From Desulfatiglandales bacterium (GTDB lineage: Bacteria; Desulfobacterota; DSM-4660; Desulfatiglandales; Desulfatiglandaceae): a stretch of DNA of 64,000 bases. The notes beneath the pieces are model-generated. The model was not told where the DNA came from. It did not search any database and saw only the letters and a program-made list of their open reading frames with translations. Positions within the stretch are counted from its first letter, which is position 1. Every line of letters starts with the position of its first letter. The stretch lies in contig OY762721.1 in NCBI GenBank assembly GCA_963666345.1, positions 320,001 to 384,000 on the forward strand, given 5' to 3'. Both the position numbers and the translations under genes were made by a program. Positions 21,635-32,210 of this stretch are shown in pieces.

Positions 21635-22969
21635 ATGAAAACAGAAGAATTTTCTTCTCGGATCATCGATGAACCGAAGGTGATCTCGGAGGAGGATTTC
21701 CGTCAAATTATCAAACCCTTTGCAGATCCCCTCCTTTCTCTTTCCGATCTGTTGACGGAGAAACGGGACGAGTCTTCCAAGCTGCTCCGTAACATGGGCT
21801 TTTTGGCTGCGGCAATAAAGCAGTCTTCAGATACGGAACACCTGCTTGACCTATACAGCGCCAAAAACAACCGCGACTGGATCTATTTCAGAGAACTGAC
21901 CGCAACCATAAAAAATTTCAGCAAGGCCTCCTTTCAACTTGAGGAATTGATGAAAAACAACTGCCCGGGAAAGATCTTTCCAGATAATAGAGACCCCTTC
22001 TGGAGTCAATCCAATGATATATCGGAACTTTTTAAAAAAATCATTGAAGGCAGTTTCAAAAAACTTAAGGATGAAAACAGGCGCCTTAAACTGAAGGTAT
22101 CAAAAAAGGCCCCTGCCCTGTCGCAAGGCGTTAAAATGCCCAGCGAGATTATATTGCCTCACAATATCGAAGAATTCGACGCCTCAGACACCACCGATAT
22201 GGCAAAGAAATTCGCCCACAGGTTCGTTGAAATGGTGGAAGGGATTGCACTCTACCGGGATTTTGCATCGGTTGAATCGGGGAATCTTGAAACATATCTT
22301 CCTGAGAAAATTGATGAACAGGACCTGAGACAATTAGGGGCCCAGCTCCACAATCTCCAGTCTCAGTACGATACATATATATTCAATCACCTCATTGAAA
22401 AGGAATTTCCCCTGCTCAAAAGCCTGCGCAACATAATCTCCTGTCAGATGAATCTGGCAAAGATCGGCACGATCCTGAGCCACTATTATGAACGTCATCT
22501 GTTCATTTCCTCACCGGTCATGAAAAAGCTTGAAAAGATAGTGCCGCCAGCCGAGATACTTAAGTTTCTTTTTAATTTTGTGCTCTTTTACCTGGTCAGG
22601 CTTTCAACTGAGGGAAAAGTTTTCGCCGAGACCTTTGTTCACGCTCTGGTTGAGATAGTAACATATGAACTTCCGGTACCGATGGATCTCGGTTTCCATG
22701 CGAGACCTTCGACAAAGGTGGCCAAGGTGGTACAGCATTACGGAGCAAACGTAAAAATGATAGTTGAAGACCAGGTCTTTGATGCGGGCAGTGTCCTGTG
22801 GCTCCTCAGTGCCGGAGGATACGTGATGACCAAGGGGCTCAGGACGGTTCGTTTCCAGGGAGACAAGAGGGCACTTGACGACCTGAAACTGCTAGCGAAG
22901 GGCAACTATGGTGAGACCAAAGACGGTAAGGACCTGCCGCTCCCAGACGCCTTGTCTTATCTGAGCTGA
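21635..22969 (+). CDS. Large protein with C-terminal HPr phosphocarrier domain
   Basis: GFHARPSTKVAKVV (His15 motif) and DAGSVL (Ser46 motif); about 340-aa unknown N-terminal region. Confidence 0.8.
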   Translation: MKTEEFSSRIIDEPKVISEEDFRQIIKPFADPLLSLSDLLTEKRDESSKLLRNMGFLAAAIKQSSDTEHLLDLYSAKNNRDWIYFRELTATIKNFSKASFQLEELMKNNCPGKIFPDNRDPFWSQSNDISELFKKIIEGSFKKLKDENRRLKLKVSKKAPALSQGVKMPSEIILPHNIEEFDASDTTDMAKKFAHRFVEMVEGIALYRDFASVESGNLETYLPEKIDEQDLRQLGAQLHNLQSQYDTYIFNHLIEKEFPLLKSLRNIISCQMNLAKIGTILSHYYERHLFISSPVMKKLEKIVPPAEILKFLFNFVLFYLVRLSTEGKVFAETFVHALVEIVTYELPVPMDLGFHARPSTKVAKVVQHYGANVKMIVEDQVFDAGSVLWLLSAGGYVMTKGLRTVRFQGDKRALDDLKLLAKGNYGETKDGKDLPLPDALSYLS

Positions 22970-22994
22970 GACCCTCCGGCGGAGAGTTATTGAA

Positions 22995-23203
22995 ATGAAG
23001 GCCATTATACTCAGGGGATCTGCAACCTGGCGGACAATCAAGCCCCGCTCAAAATGGAACAAATCCCGGTTCCCCTTCCAAAAAAAAGAGAAGGCAGCCT
23101 GTGTAAAGGATTCAAGGCCACCGGAAAAGATGAAAACGGAGGATACGCCGAATATGGTGTTATCCCTGGGAGATTCGCATTTCCCATACCTGATGTCTTC
23201 TCT
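22995..23203 (+). pseudogene. Remnant of zinc-dependent alcohol dehydrogenase
   Basis: MKAIILRG, frameshift, ICNLADNQAPLKMEQIPVPLP joined directly to LCKGFKATGKDENGGYAEY..FAFPIP; catalytic Zn region and Rossmann domain missing. Confidence 0.75.
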
Positions 23204-23225
23204 GTTTATTTTTTTCTTGATTTAT

Positions 23226-23248
23226 TATTCCAATTTGGAATATTCCAA
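23226..23248. promoter_or_regulatory. Overlapping palindromes, probable PadR operator
   Basis: TATTCCAA-T-TTGGAATA overlapping perfect TTGGAATATTCCAA, 22 nt before the PadR ATG. Confidence 0.55.
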
Positions 23249-23270
23249 TAAATATAAATAAGGTCGAGAT

Positions 23271-23798
23271 ATGAAGACAAAGCCATCAACGGAATATGCT
23301 GTTTTGGGTTCCATGTTTTCAGGCCCCAAACATGGATATGAGATACTGAAATTTATCAAGGACAATCTCAATTCGATCTGGCATATAGCACCCAGCCAGC
23401 TCTATACGATCCTTAAGCGTCTTGAAACCGAAGGCCTTCTTGATTCCATAAGGCAGGAGCAGCCAAGCAGGCCTTCAAAGAGGGTATTCTCCCTTAAGAC
23501 GGAAGGGAGAAGGCGTTTTATGGACTGGCTCCATTCACCCAACAGGCATGTAAGGGATCTGAGGATTGAATTTCTAGCGAAACTGTTCTTTTTCAAAAAT
23601 CTCGGCATCCCGGGTGCGAAGCCCCTTGTCGACTCTCAGATCAGTCTCCTTGGGGTTTCAAAAAAAAGGCTTGAGCATGATCTTCAAGGCCACATGGATC
23701 CTTTTGTAAGGCTTTCCATTCGATTCAAGATCGAAACGATTGATGCCCGCCTCTCATGGCTCCACGAGGATGCCGAACCCTTTGTAAATAATAAATAG
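23271..23798 (+). CDS. PadR-family transcriptional regulator
   Basis: GPKHGYEI, SQLYTILKRLE, EGRRRFMDWL, EFLAKLFF. Confidence 0.9.
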   Translation: MKTKPSTEYAVLGSMFSGPKHGYEILKFIKDNLNSIWHIAPSQLYTILKRLETEGLLDSIRQEQPSRPSKRVFSLKTEGRRRFMDWLHSPNRHVRDLRIEFLAKLFFFKNLGIPGAKPLVDSQISLLGVSKKRLEHDLQGHMDPFVRLSIRFKIETIDARLSWLHEDAEPFVNNK

Positions 23799-23897
23799 TG
23801 TCTTTTTAAACTGATATTTTCGATGCACCTGGGGCGCAAGAAGCGGCAAACGGACTACGGCTGATTCAACTAATCAACTAAGGAAGGAACCCGATAA

Positions 23898-24944
23898 ATG
23901 ACCAACAAATACAAATCCTCCGCTCAGATCATACCCGTTGACAGCGCCTGCGGAACCGTGCTTGCTCACGACATAACCGAAATAAGGGCCGGGCAGTTCA
24001 AAGGCCCCTCATTCAGGAAAGGACATGTCGTCGGTCAAGAGGATATCGCTCACCTCAAAAGATTGGGAAAGGAGCACCTTTTTGTCCTAAAGATAGATGA
24101 AGGGGAGGTCCATGAAGACGATGCGGCCCTTATGCTTGCCAAGGCACTATCCGGCACAGGAGTTATATTCAACGGCCGACCCGCAGAAGGAAAGATAGGT
24201 CTCAAGGCGGAGCACCGTGGACTTCTCAAGGTTGATATCAAGGCCCTTACCAGGCTTTGCCTGATCCCCGAAATCTGCTGTGCAGCTAGGCACAACAATG
24301 TGGTCGTTGAAAAGGGAGACACGGTCGCAGCCACCAGGGCCATCCCCCTAATTATTGATAAGGATACGCTCAACAGTGCGGTCCATATTGCAGATTCTTG
24401 CGGTGGGATATTTTCCGTAAAACCCTTTGATGCCCTTAAAGCGGGACTCATTATAACAGGAAACGAGGTATTCAGCGGACTTATCGATGACAAATTCGCT
24501 CCCATACTGAAAAAGAAGCTTTCCTTTTTCGGCTGTGAGATTGAACGCCCGCTTTTCTCACCTGACGACAGATCGCGCATATCCAGCCATATAAAGACCC
24601 TTCTCACGGCAGGTGCACAGATCATACTGGTTGCAGGGGGAATGAGTGTTGATCCGGATGATGTAAGCCGTCTTGCGATTGCCGATGCAGGAGCCGAAGA
24701 TATCGTTTACGGCACCTCCGTGCTTCCTGGTGCAATGTTCCTTTACGGCCGTATAGGTAAAGTTCCTGTGCTTGGCGTCCCGGCCTGCGCGCTTTACTAC
24801 AAGGCCACGGTGCTTGATCTCATACTGCCGAGGGTCCTTGCCGGAGAGATGATCACGAGGCAGGATCTCGCTGAATTGGCGCATGGAGGACTCTGCCTTA
24901 ACTGCAAGACATGCCGTTACCCCAGGTGCCCATTCGGCAAATAA
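23898..24944 (+). CDS. Molybdopterin-binding (MoeA/MogA-domain) protein
   Basis: LAHDITEI, ITGNEV, GGMSVDPDD, VLPGAMF, C-terminal GGLCLNCKTCRYPRCPFGK. Confidence 0.85.
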   Translation: MTNKYKSSAQIIPVDSACGTVLAHDITEIRAGQFKGPSFRKGHVVGQEDIAHLKRLGKEHLFVLKIDEGEVHEDDAALMLAKALSGTGVIFNGRPAEGKIGLKAEHRGLLKVDIKALTRLCLIPEICCAARHNNVVVEKGDTVAATRAIPLIIDKDTLNSAVHIADSCGGIFSVKPFDALKAGLIITGNEVFSGLIDDKFAPILKKKLSFFGCEIERPLFSPDDRSRISSHIKTLLTAGAQIILVAGGMSVDPDDVSRLAIADAGAEDIVYGTSVLPGAMFLYGRIGKVPVLGVPACALYYKATVLDLILPRVLAGEMITRQDLAELAHGGLCLNCKTCRYPRCPFGK

Positions 24945-25039
24945 GCTCGGTTAAACAGCCCCGCGCACAAATGATATGAAGGGCATGAAGGCGACCGACA
25001 GGTAACTGCCATGGTTTGAGGTTTCGGCATTTACACGGC

Positions 25040-26077
25040 CTATAGCAGGTGTATCGCAGAATTCCTCACGGCCATATAGACATCTCTGCTCTCGGAAAGA
25101 TCCAGGTATAACAGATCCCCCTTGCTCAGGATCGCCGTAAAAATCGTGCTTCCGCACTTGATAGACACTTCCTGCAGGACCCCCAGATCAGCCACGTTCA
25201 TGATGCGGCATGCGAACACATTTGTATCCCCTTCAGCTATCCTCTCCTTTCTTATGAGGATATCCTCGGCCCTTATTGCGATGAAAGACCTGCCTTCATT
25301 TTTCATGTTGCCTATATCGAAAACCAGATCACCTACCCTTGCACTGGTTCCTTCGAAAACAGCGGGAAGGACGTTTTTCATGCCCACGAACTCAGCCACA
25401 AATGGTGTCTTTGGCCTGGAAAACACATCTTTCACAGACCCCATCTGTTCGATCTTTCCATGATTCAGTATTGCGGTTCTCTCCCCCAGGAAAAGGGCCT
25501 CGGAAAAATCGTGTGTCACCATGAGAAATGTTATACCCATCTCTTTGTGGAGTTTCTTTAGGACCTCTCGAATTTCTGCCCTGAAATTGGGATCAAGAGC
25601 TGAAAGGGGTTCATCAAGCAGCAGGACCGAGGGATGTACCGACAGGGCCCTTGCAAGGGCTATTCGCTGTTTTTCTCCCCCGCTCAAATGGGTTATTGAA
25701 CGATCAGCAATGTGCCTTATGCCAAGCTTCATCATTAGTTCTTCAACCCATCTCCTTGAATCGGTGCTGCTATTACTATGATATCTCAGGCCGTATGTAA
25801 TGTTTTCCATTACAGAGAGGTGTGGAAACAAGGCATAATCCTGATAGACGATTCCGATTCCCCTTTTTTCAGGCGGCAGGCTGGTAATATCTCTTCCACC
25901 GACCCTTATTGTACCTCCATGAACAGGGCCGGTCCCGGTGATGGCCTCAAGTATCAGGGTCTTTCCCGCACCTGTGGGCCCAAGAAGGATAAAAAACTCA
26001 CTCTCCTTTACATCGAGGCATATATCATCGAGACAGAATGAGGAAAAATCCAGACGCAGGTTCTCTATTTCAATCAC
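25040..26077 (-). CDS. wtpC: Tungstate/molybdate ABC transporter ATPase
   Basis: GPTGAGKT, LSGGEKQR, LLLDEP, C-terminal TOBE-like region; operon context. Confidence 0.85.
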   Translation of the reverse strand: MIEIENLRLDFSSFCLDDICLDVKESEFFILLGPTGAGKTLILEAITGTGPVHGGTIRVGGRDITSLPPEKRGIGIVYQDYALFPHLSVMENITYGLRYHSNSSTDSRRWVEELMMKLGIRHIADRSITHLSGGEKQRIALARALSVHPSVLLLDEPLSALDPNFRAEIREVLKKLHKEMGITFLMVTHDFSEALFLGERTAILNHGKIEQMGSVKDVFSRPKTPFVAEFVGMKNVLPAVFEGTSARVGDLVFDIGNMKNEGRSFIAIRAEDILIRKERIAEGDTNVFACRIMNVADLGVLQEVSIKCGSTIFTAILSKGDLLYLDLSESRDVYMAVRNSAIHLL

Positions 26078-26867
26078 CGCTTTTCTCCTTGACCGGGGAA
26101 ACGATCCTCAACAATATAAACAGGGCTAGACAGACAAATATAAGCCAGACAGCAACCGGCTGTGAATATCTCAACCCATAGGCGGTGAACCTCTCATAGA
26201 TCATTACAGGGGCGATCATTGGATGGTAGGCCACGATAACGACCGCGCCGAATTCACTGATCGCGCGGGCACAACACATGATCATTCCGACCAGCATGGA
26301 ACGCCAGGCCAGAGGGAAGGTGACCCTCAGAAAGGTCCCGGACATTGACGCGCCCAGGCTTCTGGAGACATTTTCAAGGCGCACGGGGATCGCCTCAAAC
26401 CCAGTCTTAACGGTGTTTACATAAAAGGGCAGACCCACGAATGTCAGCACCGTAACAATTCCTGTGACAGTACCCATTATATGGATACCTATACTCTGCA
26501 TGAATTGACCAAGCCAGTGGTTCTTTCCGGCAAGGCCGAGGATTGCTATTCCTACAACCGGATGGGGAATCATTATGGGAAGGTCTATTATGCTTTCGAC
26601 GACCTTTTTGCCGAAAAAATTCTTTCGCGCGAGCAGATAAGCGAAGGGGGTTCCTATTATAAAAGAGATGACTGCCGCAAGTCCGGAGGTGTAGATACTA
26701 AGCCATATTGACCTCAAGACATCCGTGTCGCCGGCTGTGTCCTTTAAATCCTGCAGCGACGGCTGGGTAACCATCTCTATAAGAGGAAAAAGGATAAAGG
26801 TTACAACAGTGACGCTGCAAAAAAGTGTGATAAAAAACCAGGGATCTTTCCCTATCTTTTTTTTCAT
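26070..26867 (-). CDS. wtpB: Tungstate/molybdate ABC permease
   Basis: IDLPIMIPHPVVG, ARAISEFGAV, IYERFTAYGL. Confidence 0.85.
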   Translation of the reverse strand: MKKKIGKDPWFFITLFCSVTVVTFILFPLIEMVTQPSLQDLKDTAGDTDVLRSIWLSIYTSGLAAVISFIIGTPFAYLLARKNFFGKKVVESIIDLPIMIPHPVVGIAILGLAGKNHWLGQFMQSIGIHIMGTVTGIVTVLTFVGLPFYVNTVKTGFEAIPVRLENVSRSLGASMSGTFLRVTFPLAWRSMLVGMIMCCARAISEFGAVVIVAYHPMIAPVMIYERFTAYGLRYSQPVAVWLIFVCLALFILLRIVSPVKEKSGD

Positions 26868-26960
26868 TCCATATACGTTGAGTTTGTTTTCTTTATAATA
26901 CCCCCGGGCGGAAAAAAAGGGGTTCAACTGCCCGGGGGATTATGCATTCTTTATAAAGGA

Positions 26961-27950
26961 CTAGTTTTTGACTTCAACAAGCCCTTTGATGGATCCGGGC
27001 AGATCCGTCTTTATCTTCTCACTTGACACCCTGCAAGGTATAAAGGGAGGTTGTCCCATATCCTTGAGAACCTTTAATCCTCCTTCAGGATCAAGCAGGT
27101 ATGCAAGGAATGCCTCAGCGGCCTCAGGGTTTTTGGAATTTTTTATCATGGTTATACCATAGGTACACGATTTTCCTTTTCTTGTGATCCAGGTCCCCGG
27201 CTTTTTGCCTGTCACCTTCACCTCCGCTTTTTTATAGAAGGCATCCATCTTGTAATTGCCCAGATTTATTTCGTCCGGAAGCAGCAGATACTTGAGTCCG
27301 TGCTGCACCGCCACTGACAGATATTCCCAGGCGTAATCCATGTTGCCGGTCTTGAGAAGAGAAACCAGTTCCACAGACTTGGGTCTTATATTTTTTTTCG
27401 GCCTGTTTGCGATAAGCCTGTCATAAAGGCCCGCCTTTGCGTAATGTTTCTCGGCAAGCTGAAGGACCATCAGGCTTCTATATCCGCACGGGTCAAGGTT
27501 TGGATCGGAATGCCCCCAGATAACGCCCTTTCTTTCAAGGATATCGTACCAGTTGTCCGCATTCACCTCGGATGCGAATTTACTCTTATCCGTGTAGCAG
27601 AGCACGAGCTGATTTGTTGCGAACCTTATGTTCCATGCCGCTTTTGCAGGAATAAGAGCCTTATCTATGACCTTGTAATCCGCAGATGCCATGATATCCG
27701 CCGGCTTGTTGAGTTCAGATATCATTCTGGCCATTTTGGTGCTCCCGCCAGCCTCACGCAGTATGTCAACCTTGGGATATTTCGCCTCAAAAACTTTTTC
27801 CATCTTGGCAAAGGGCACGGTCAAACTGCCGGCATGAAAGATTACGACATCTCCTTGCGGTTCAGCACCTGCGACCATTGGAGACAGCGGCAACACGACA
27901 AACAGGCTCAAACAAAAAATCCATTTGGCTAACAGTCCAATCCTTTTCAT
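26961..27950 (-). CDS. wtpA: Tungstate/molybdate-binding periplasmic protein
   Basis: Signal peptide; [44 protein letters not shown]. Confidence 0.88.
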   Translation of the reverse strand: MKRIGLLAKWIFCLSLFVVLPLSPMVAGAEPQGDVVIFHAGSLTVPFAKMEKVFEAKYPKVDILREAGGSTKMARMISELNKPADIMASADYKVIDKALIPAKAAWNIRFATNQLVLCYTDKSKFASEVNADNWYDILERKGVIWGHSDPNLDPCGYRSLMVLQLAEKHYAKAGLYDRLIANRPKKNIRPKSVELVSLLKTGNMDYAWEYLSVAVQHGLKYLLLPDEINLGNYKMDAFYKKAEVKVTGKKPGTWITRKGKSCTYGITMIKNSKNPEAAEAFLAYLLDPEGGLKVLKDMGQPPFIPCRVSSEKIKTDLPGSIKGLVEVKN

Positions 27951-28111
27951 TTTCTTATCCTCCTTATTATTTTTCAACTCTCAATTGGTGATTATCCTGA
28001 AATACGATGCCCTGATAAGAGACATCAACAACCTCGCTTGTCAATAAAAGTGATGAAAAACGAACCATCAGGTTGAGTCCTGAATGCCGTCATCGTTACT
28101 CACCATATGAC

Positions 28112-28133
28112 CGTTATATCACTGATGATATAA
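28112..28133. promoter_or_regulatory. ModE-like palindromic operator upstream of wtpA
   Basis: CGTTATATCA-CTGA-TGATATAA, with perfect 8-bp arms. Confidence 0.5.
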
Positions 28134-28506
28134 ATATACGCCTAAAAAAAGACCAAAAACAAAGAGGTCTTCCAAGTCCGCCATACTGCAGGGCCATAAT
28201 GCTATCAAGCACAGCGTACTGTTTTTGTCAAGCCGTTTTTCCTGCTGAACCGCTATCAGGATCTGATCCGCCATTCGGGATGCCCATGGACTTCCATCCC
28301 TTAAGGTTTCGCGGACTCCTCCCGCGCCTCCGGTCTCCTGCATGCAGCAGCAAGAGAGCCGAGGGCCAGTATCATGAATTATTGCGGCCCGTTTTGAGAG
28401 TCTGCTCCGGTTCCCAAGCTCCCTTCCTCGATCCTGGACCTGCCTTTGACCGCAAAGGTCACGCACGGATCAAGGAGGCAGGAGCATGGGTTTTACTATT
28501 CAGACC

Positions 28507-30180
28507 CTAACGAGGAAACACCGCACCTTTGTCAGCGCTTGAAACTACCATTGCATATCTTGCCAGATACCCGGTCTTCACCTTCGGCTCAAAGGGTGGA
28601 AGGCTGTCCAGCCGCTCCTTTATTTCCTCTTCAGAAAGCCTCAGATTAAGGCTCTTTTCAGGGATGTTGATGTCTATCACATCCCCTTCTCTTATTGCAC
28701 CTATCGGCCCCTTTGCAGCCGCTTCAGGAGAAATATGACCTATTGCGGCACCCCGGGAGGCACCCGAAAATCTGCCGTCCGTTATGAGGGCTACATATTT
28801 GTCCATACCCATTCCCGCCAGCGCCGAGGTGGGAGAAAGCATCTCCTGCATACCCGGCCCCCCCTTCGGCCCCTCGTACAGAATTACCACGACGTCTCCC
28901 TTTCGAATGTCTCCACTCAGTATGGCCCCGCATGCCGCCTCCTCAGAGCAAAAGACCCTGGCAGGGCCTGAGTGTTTCAGCATCTCCTCGGAAACAGCGG
29001 CCTGCTTGACTATTGCACCGCCCGGCGCGATATTCCCGGTCAAAACCGCAAGCCCACCGGTCTTGTGCACCGGTCTGTCAACAGGCCTGATGATTGATTC
29101 ATCCTTTATTCCCGCCTTTATCTCGTCCAGCATCTCTCCCACGTTTTTACCGTAGACCGTCAGCTGCCGGTCATCAATGAGACCGCTTTTCCTTAACTCG
29201 GAAAGGATCGCAGGAATACCGCCCGCATGATAAAGGTCCACTACATGATGAGGGCCTGCCGGCGCCAGGGACGTAAGGTGAGGCACCTTTTCTGTTATTT
29301 CGCCGAAATCCTTGAGAGTCAGGTCTATCCCGGCATAATAGGCAAGCGCGGGTATATGAAGAGCTGTGTTTGTTGATCCTCCCAGCGCCATATCGGTTGC
29401 AATCGCGTTGTTGAAGGTTTCCCTGGTGAGGATATCCCTCGGCCTTAGGCCCTCCTTAACCAGTTCGACCGCCCTGTAGCCCGTCTGTTTTGCAAGCCAT
29501 ATCCTTTCCGAATAAACCGCAGGAGCGCTCCCGTTAAACGGCAGGGCCATGCCGAGCGCCTCTGAAAGGTTGCTCATCGTGTTGGCTGTAAACATCCCTG
29601 AACAGGAACCTGCCCCCGGACACCCACGCAGCTCTATTTCGTAAAGCTCATCAGCGTCTATTTTTCCGCTCTTGAAACTTCCTACCGCCTCGAATATCTT
29701 GTCCACGCCGATCTCTCTGCCTGAGACTTTTCCAGGAAGCATCGGCCCTCCGGAGACAAAAATCGAGGGTATATTCATGCTGGCAGCAGCGTTCAACATC
29801 CCCGGGATTATCTTATCGCAGGAGGAAAGGAGGACCAGCCCGTCAAATGGATGGGCCTCCGCCATTATCTCAATGGAATCGGCAATCAATTCCCTGCTGG
29901 GGAGAGAAAATTTCATTCCTTTGTGATTCATGGCGATCCCGTCACATACGCCGATGGTGTTGAAGACCATGGGCGTACCCCCTGCCGCGTACACACCTGC
30001 TTTTACCGCCTCCACAAGTTTGTCCAGGTTCATATGACCCGGTATAATCTCTGTAAAGGAATTTGCTATGCCTATTATCGGCCTTTCCATTTCCCAATCA
30101 GTAAAACCATCAGCCCTCAAAAGTGAACGGTGCGGAGCCCTTTCAGGTCCGCTAGTCATCAAGTTGCTTCTCTTTTCCAT
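28507..30180 (-). CDS. ilvD: Dihydroxy-acid dehydratase
   Basis: [45 protein letters not shown]. Confidence 0.97.
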   Translation of the reverse strand: MEKRSNLMTSGPERAPHRSLLRADGFTDWEMERPIIGIANSFTEIIPGHMNLDKLVEAVKAGVYAAGGTPMVFNTIGVCDGIAMNHKGMKFSLPSRELIADSIEIMAEAHPFDGLVLLSSCDKIIPGMLNAAASMNIPSIFVSGGPMLPGKVSGREIGVDKIFEAVGSFKSGKIDADELYEIELRGCPGAGSCSGMFTANTMSNLSEALGMALPFNGSAPAVYSERIWLAKQTGYRAVELVKEGLRPRDILTRETFNNAIATDMALGGSTNTALHIPALAYYAGIDLTLKDFGEITEKVPHLTSLAPAGPHHVVDLYHAGGIPAILSELRKSGLIDDRQLTVYGKNVGEMLDEIKAGIKDESIIRPVDRPVHKTGGLAVLTGNIAPGGAIVKQAAVSEEMLKHSGPARVFCSEEAACGAILSGDIRKGDVVVILYEGPKGGPGMQEMLSPTSALAGMGMDKYVALITDGRFSGASRGAAIGHISPEAAAKGPIGAIREGDVIDINIPEKSLNLRLSEEEIKERLDSLPPFEPKVKTGYLARYAMVVSSADKGAVFPR

Positions 30181-30463
30181 GAATCTTCTCCTTTTTCTCT
30201 TGCTCTGTAAAATCAGGCTACTGCCCCTGTATCGCCACTTATTAATTCAGTCCCGAATCCCTTGGCCCTCATGCCGATACCTGAATTAAATAGTGGAGTT
30301 GGGTATCTCTATAACACTTGACATGTCTCGGATCAAGCGATTAAGAGAAGCAACACCCTGCTAGGCCATACAGCCCAGAACAATGTTTTTATTGCCGATC
30401 AGGCACAAACCACGACCTTGCCTTCCGGGCCTGGATACTTTAATATCTCGAAGGACAAATAAA

Positions 30464-31228
30464 ATGGACAATAGAGATAAAAACAGATCCCAGCTTCGCT
30501 GGTACGACCATATTCTGCTCCACCTGATTTCTCCTTTGGCAGCCTTACTGATCAAGGCACTTATGCTTACCTGCCGGGTAATAAAGGTGGAAGGAGAGGA
30601 AAAGGCCGCGGATATTATTCGAAAAACAGGCGGAGGTGCGGTTTACGCAACCTGGCACCAGAGGATGTCCTACCACTTCCATTATTTCGGCTCAAGGCGT
30701 GTTACCATAATGATCAGCCAGAGCAGGGACGGCGAATACGCAGCCACGATAGCCAAATGGGTCGGGTTCAAAAATGTCAGAGGCTCATCCACAAGGGGTG
30801 GATCACAGGCACTCAAGGAAATGATAAAGAGGATAAGAAACGGTGAGATAGGTGGAATGCTTGCAGACGGACCTCAGGGCCCGCCCCGGGTTGCCAAAAC
30901 AGGTTCAGTGGTACTTGCAAGGGATGCATCCGTTCCTCTTATCCCTGTCGTCTGGGGAGCGGATCGCTGTTGGACCTTCAATTCATGGGACAGGTATATA
31001 GTGCCCAAGCCGTTCAGCCGGGTTGTCATTTTCTATGCCGAACCTGTGATAATACCCCCTGATACAAAAGATAAGGATCTAAAGGAATTTCGTCGCATCT
31101 TTGAAAGCAGACTTAACCTCGCAACCAGCTGGTGCGATGGGCAGTTCGGTTTTGAAAGACCGTGGAGAAAGGCTGGCGGGGAAGGTATCCGTGAGACTGG
31201 CCCCCTGGATTTTCATGATGATAAATAG
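30464..31228 (+). CDS. Lysophospholipid acyltransferase superfamily protein (DUF374-like)
   Basis: ATWHQR, SQSRDGE, VRGSSTRGG, DGPQGP, SWDR..PKPFS. Confidence 0.85.
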   Translation: MDNRDKNRSQLRWYDHILLHLISPLAALLIKALMLTCRVIKVEGEEKAADIIRKTGGGAVYATWHQRMSYHFHYFGSRRVTIMISQSRDGEYAATIAKWVGFKNVRGSSTRGGSQALKEMIKRIRNGEIGGMLADGPQGPPRVAKTGSVVLARDASVPLIPVVWGADRCWTFNSWDRYIVPKPFSRVVIFYAEPVIIPPDTKDKDLKEFRRIFESRLNLATSWCDGQFGFERPWRKAGGEGIRETGPLDFHDDK

Positions 31229-31382
31229 GCATTCTTCCCAGCCGATAGATACCGGCTCGCAGAGCCCTTGGTGCCGGTAAAGGGGAGGAGAGAAAATCGG
31301 GATGCGCGTCCGGATATTATCATATTGGAAAAAATTCAAGAGGTCTGATAACCGGGAGGCTCAGTGGCATTTCTACAAGACC

Positions 31383-32027
31383 ATGAATGAACCGGTCAGG
31401 ATAAATACCTTTACCCTTTTAACGGCAACAGCCACGGTCGCAACGGTTGAAATCATCGCCGGCCTTTTAATCCCTGTTGCACCCTGGCCCGCCATTGTCA
31501 TAACATGCATTGCCAGATTCAGTCAGTCTCTTATGCTCCTGTTTCTGGTCCGTCTAACAGGAAAAGGGCTCGAATCCGTCCGCCTTTATCCCAAAAAATG
31601 GAAAAAAGGGATCAAGAGGGGCCTTGTCTGGTCTTTTTTTTTCGGACTTGCAACCCTGCTGGTCTTTCTGGCCCTCCGGCTTCTGGAAATAGATCCATTG
31701 CTCCTTGTCAGGACAAATATCCCTGATTACCCGCACCGGACCGTAATGTTTTTCATAGCGGCAGGATTTATAGGACCGATCGCGGAAGAGATCCTTTTCA
31801 GGGGGATAATCTACGGCTTTTTTAGGCGCTGGGGTATCATTTACGCCCTTTTGGGTTCAACCCTTGCTTTTGTGAGCGCACATGCATACTTATCGGGGGT
31901 TCCCCTGCCTCAGATTGCGGGAGGTCTGCTGTTTGCTCTTGCCTATGAACTGGAGCAGGACATCATGGTTCCGATAACCATACATGTCCTGGGCAATCTT
32001 GCCCTACTCTCACTTTCCCTTTTCTGA
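31383..32027 (+). CDS. CPBP/CAAX (Abi) intramembrane protease
   Basis: PIAEEILFRG, FVSAH, HVLGN. Confidence 0.88.
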   Translation: MNEPVRINTFTLLTATATVATVEIIAGLLIPVAPWPAIVITCIARFSQSLMLLFLVRLTGKGLESVRLYPKKWKKGIKRGLVWSFFFGLATLLVFLALRLLEIDPLLLVRTNIPDYPHRTVMFFIAAGFIGPIAEEILFRGIIYGFFRRWGIIYALLGSTLAFVSAHAYLSGVPLPQIAGGLLFALAYELEQDIMVPITIHVLGNLALLSLSLF

Positions 32028-32210
32028 ATAAAATAGCTGAACCTGCTGTCATTGATCGGATTTCATCCGCAAATGCCCTTTGCCGGATTAGCATAAACCA
32101 GGAACCGATCAACACTGCCGGGGGGGTTAGCCCATCCACTCCGGGCACCGAAGCAAGTATTAGACAGTTTCTACATGCTGCTTCCTGGAGGTAACCAGGG
32201 GCCATCGTGG

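Noticed and set aside
28073..28510. ORFs or a Moco/Wco riboswitch upstream of wtpA
   Set aside because: ORFs lack protein-like features, and I could not find the conserved riboswitch elements
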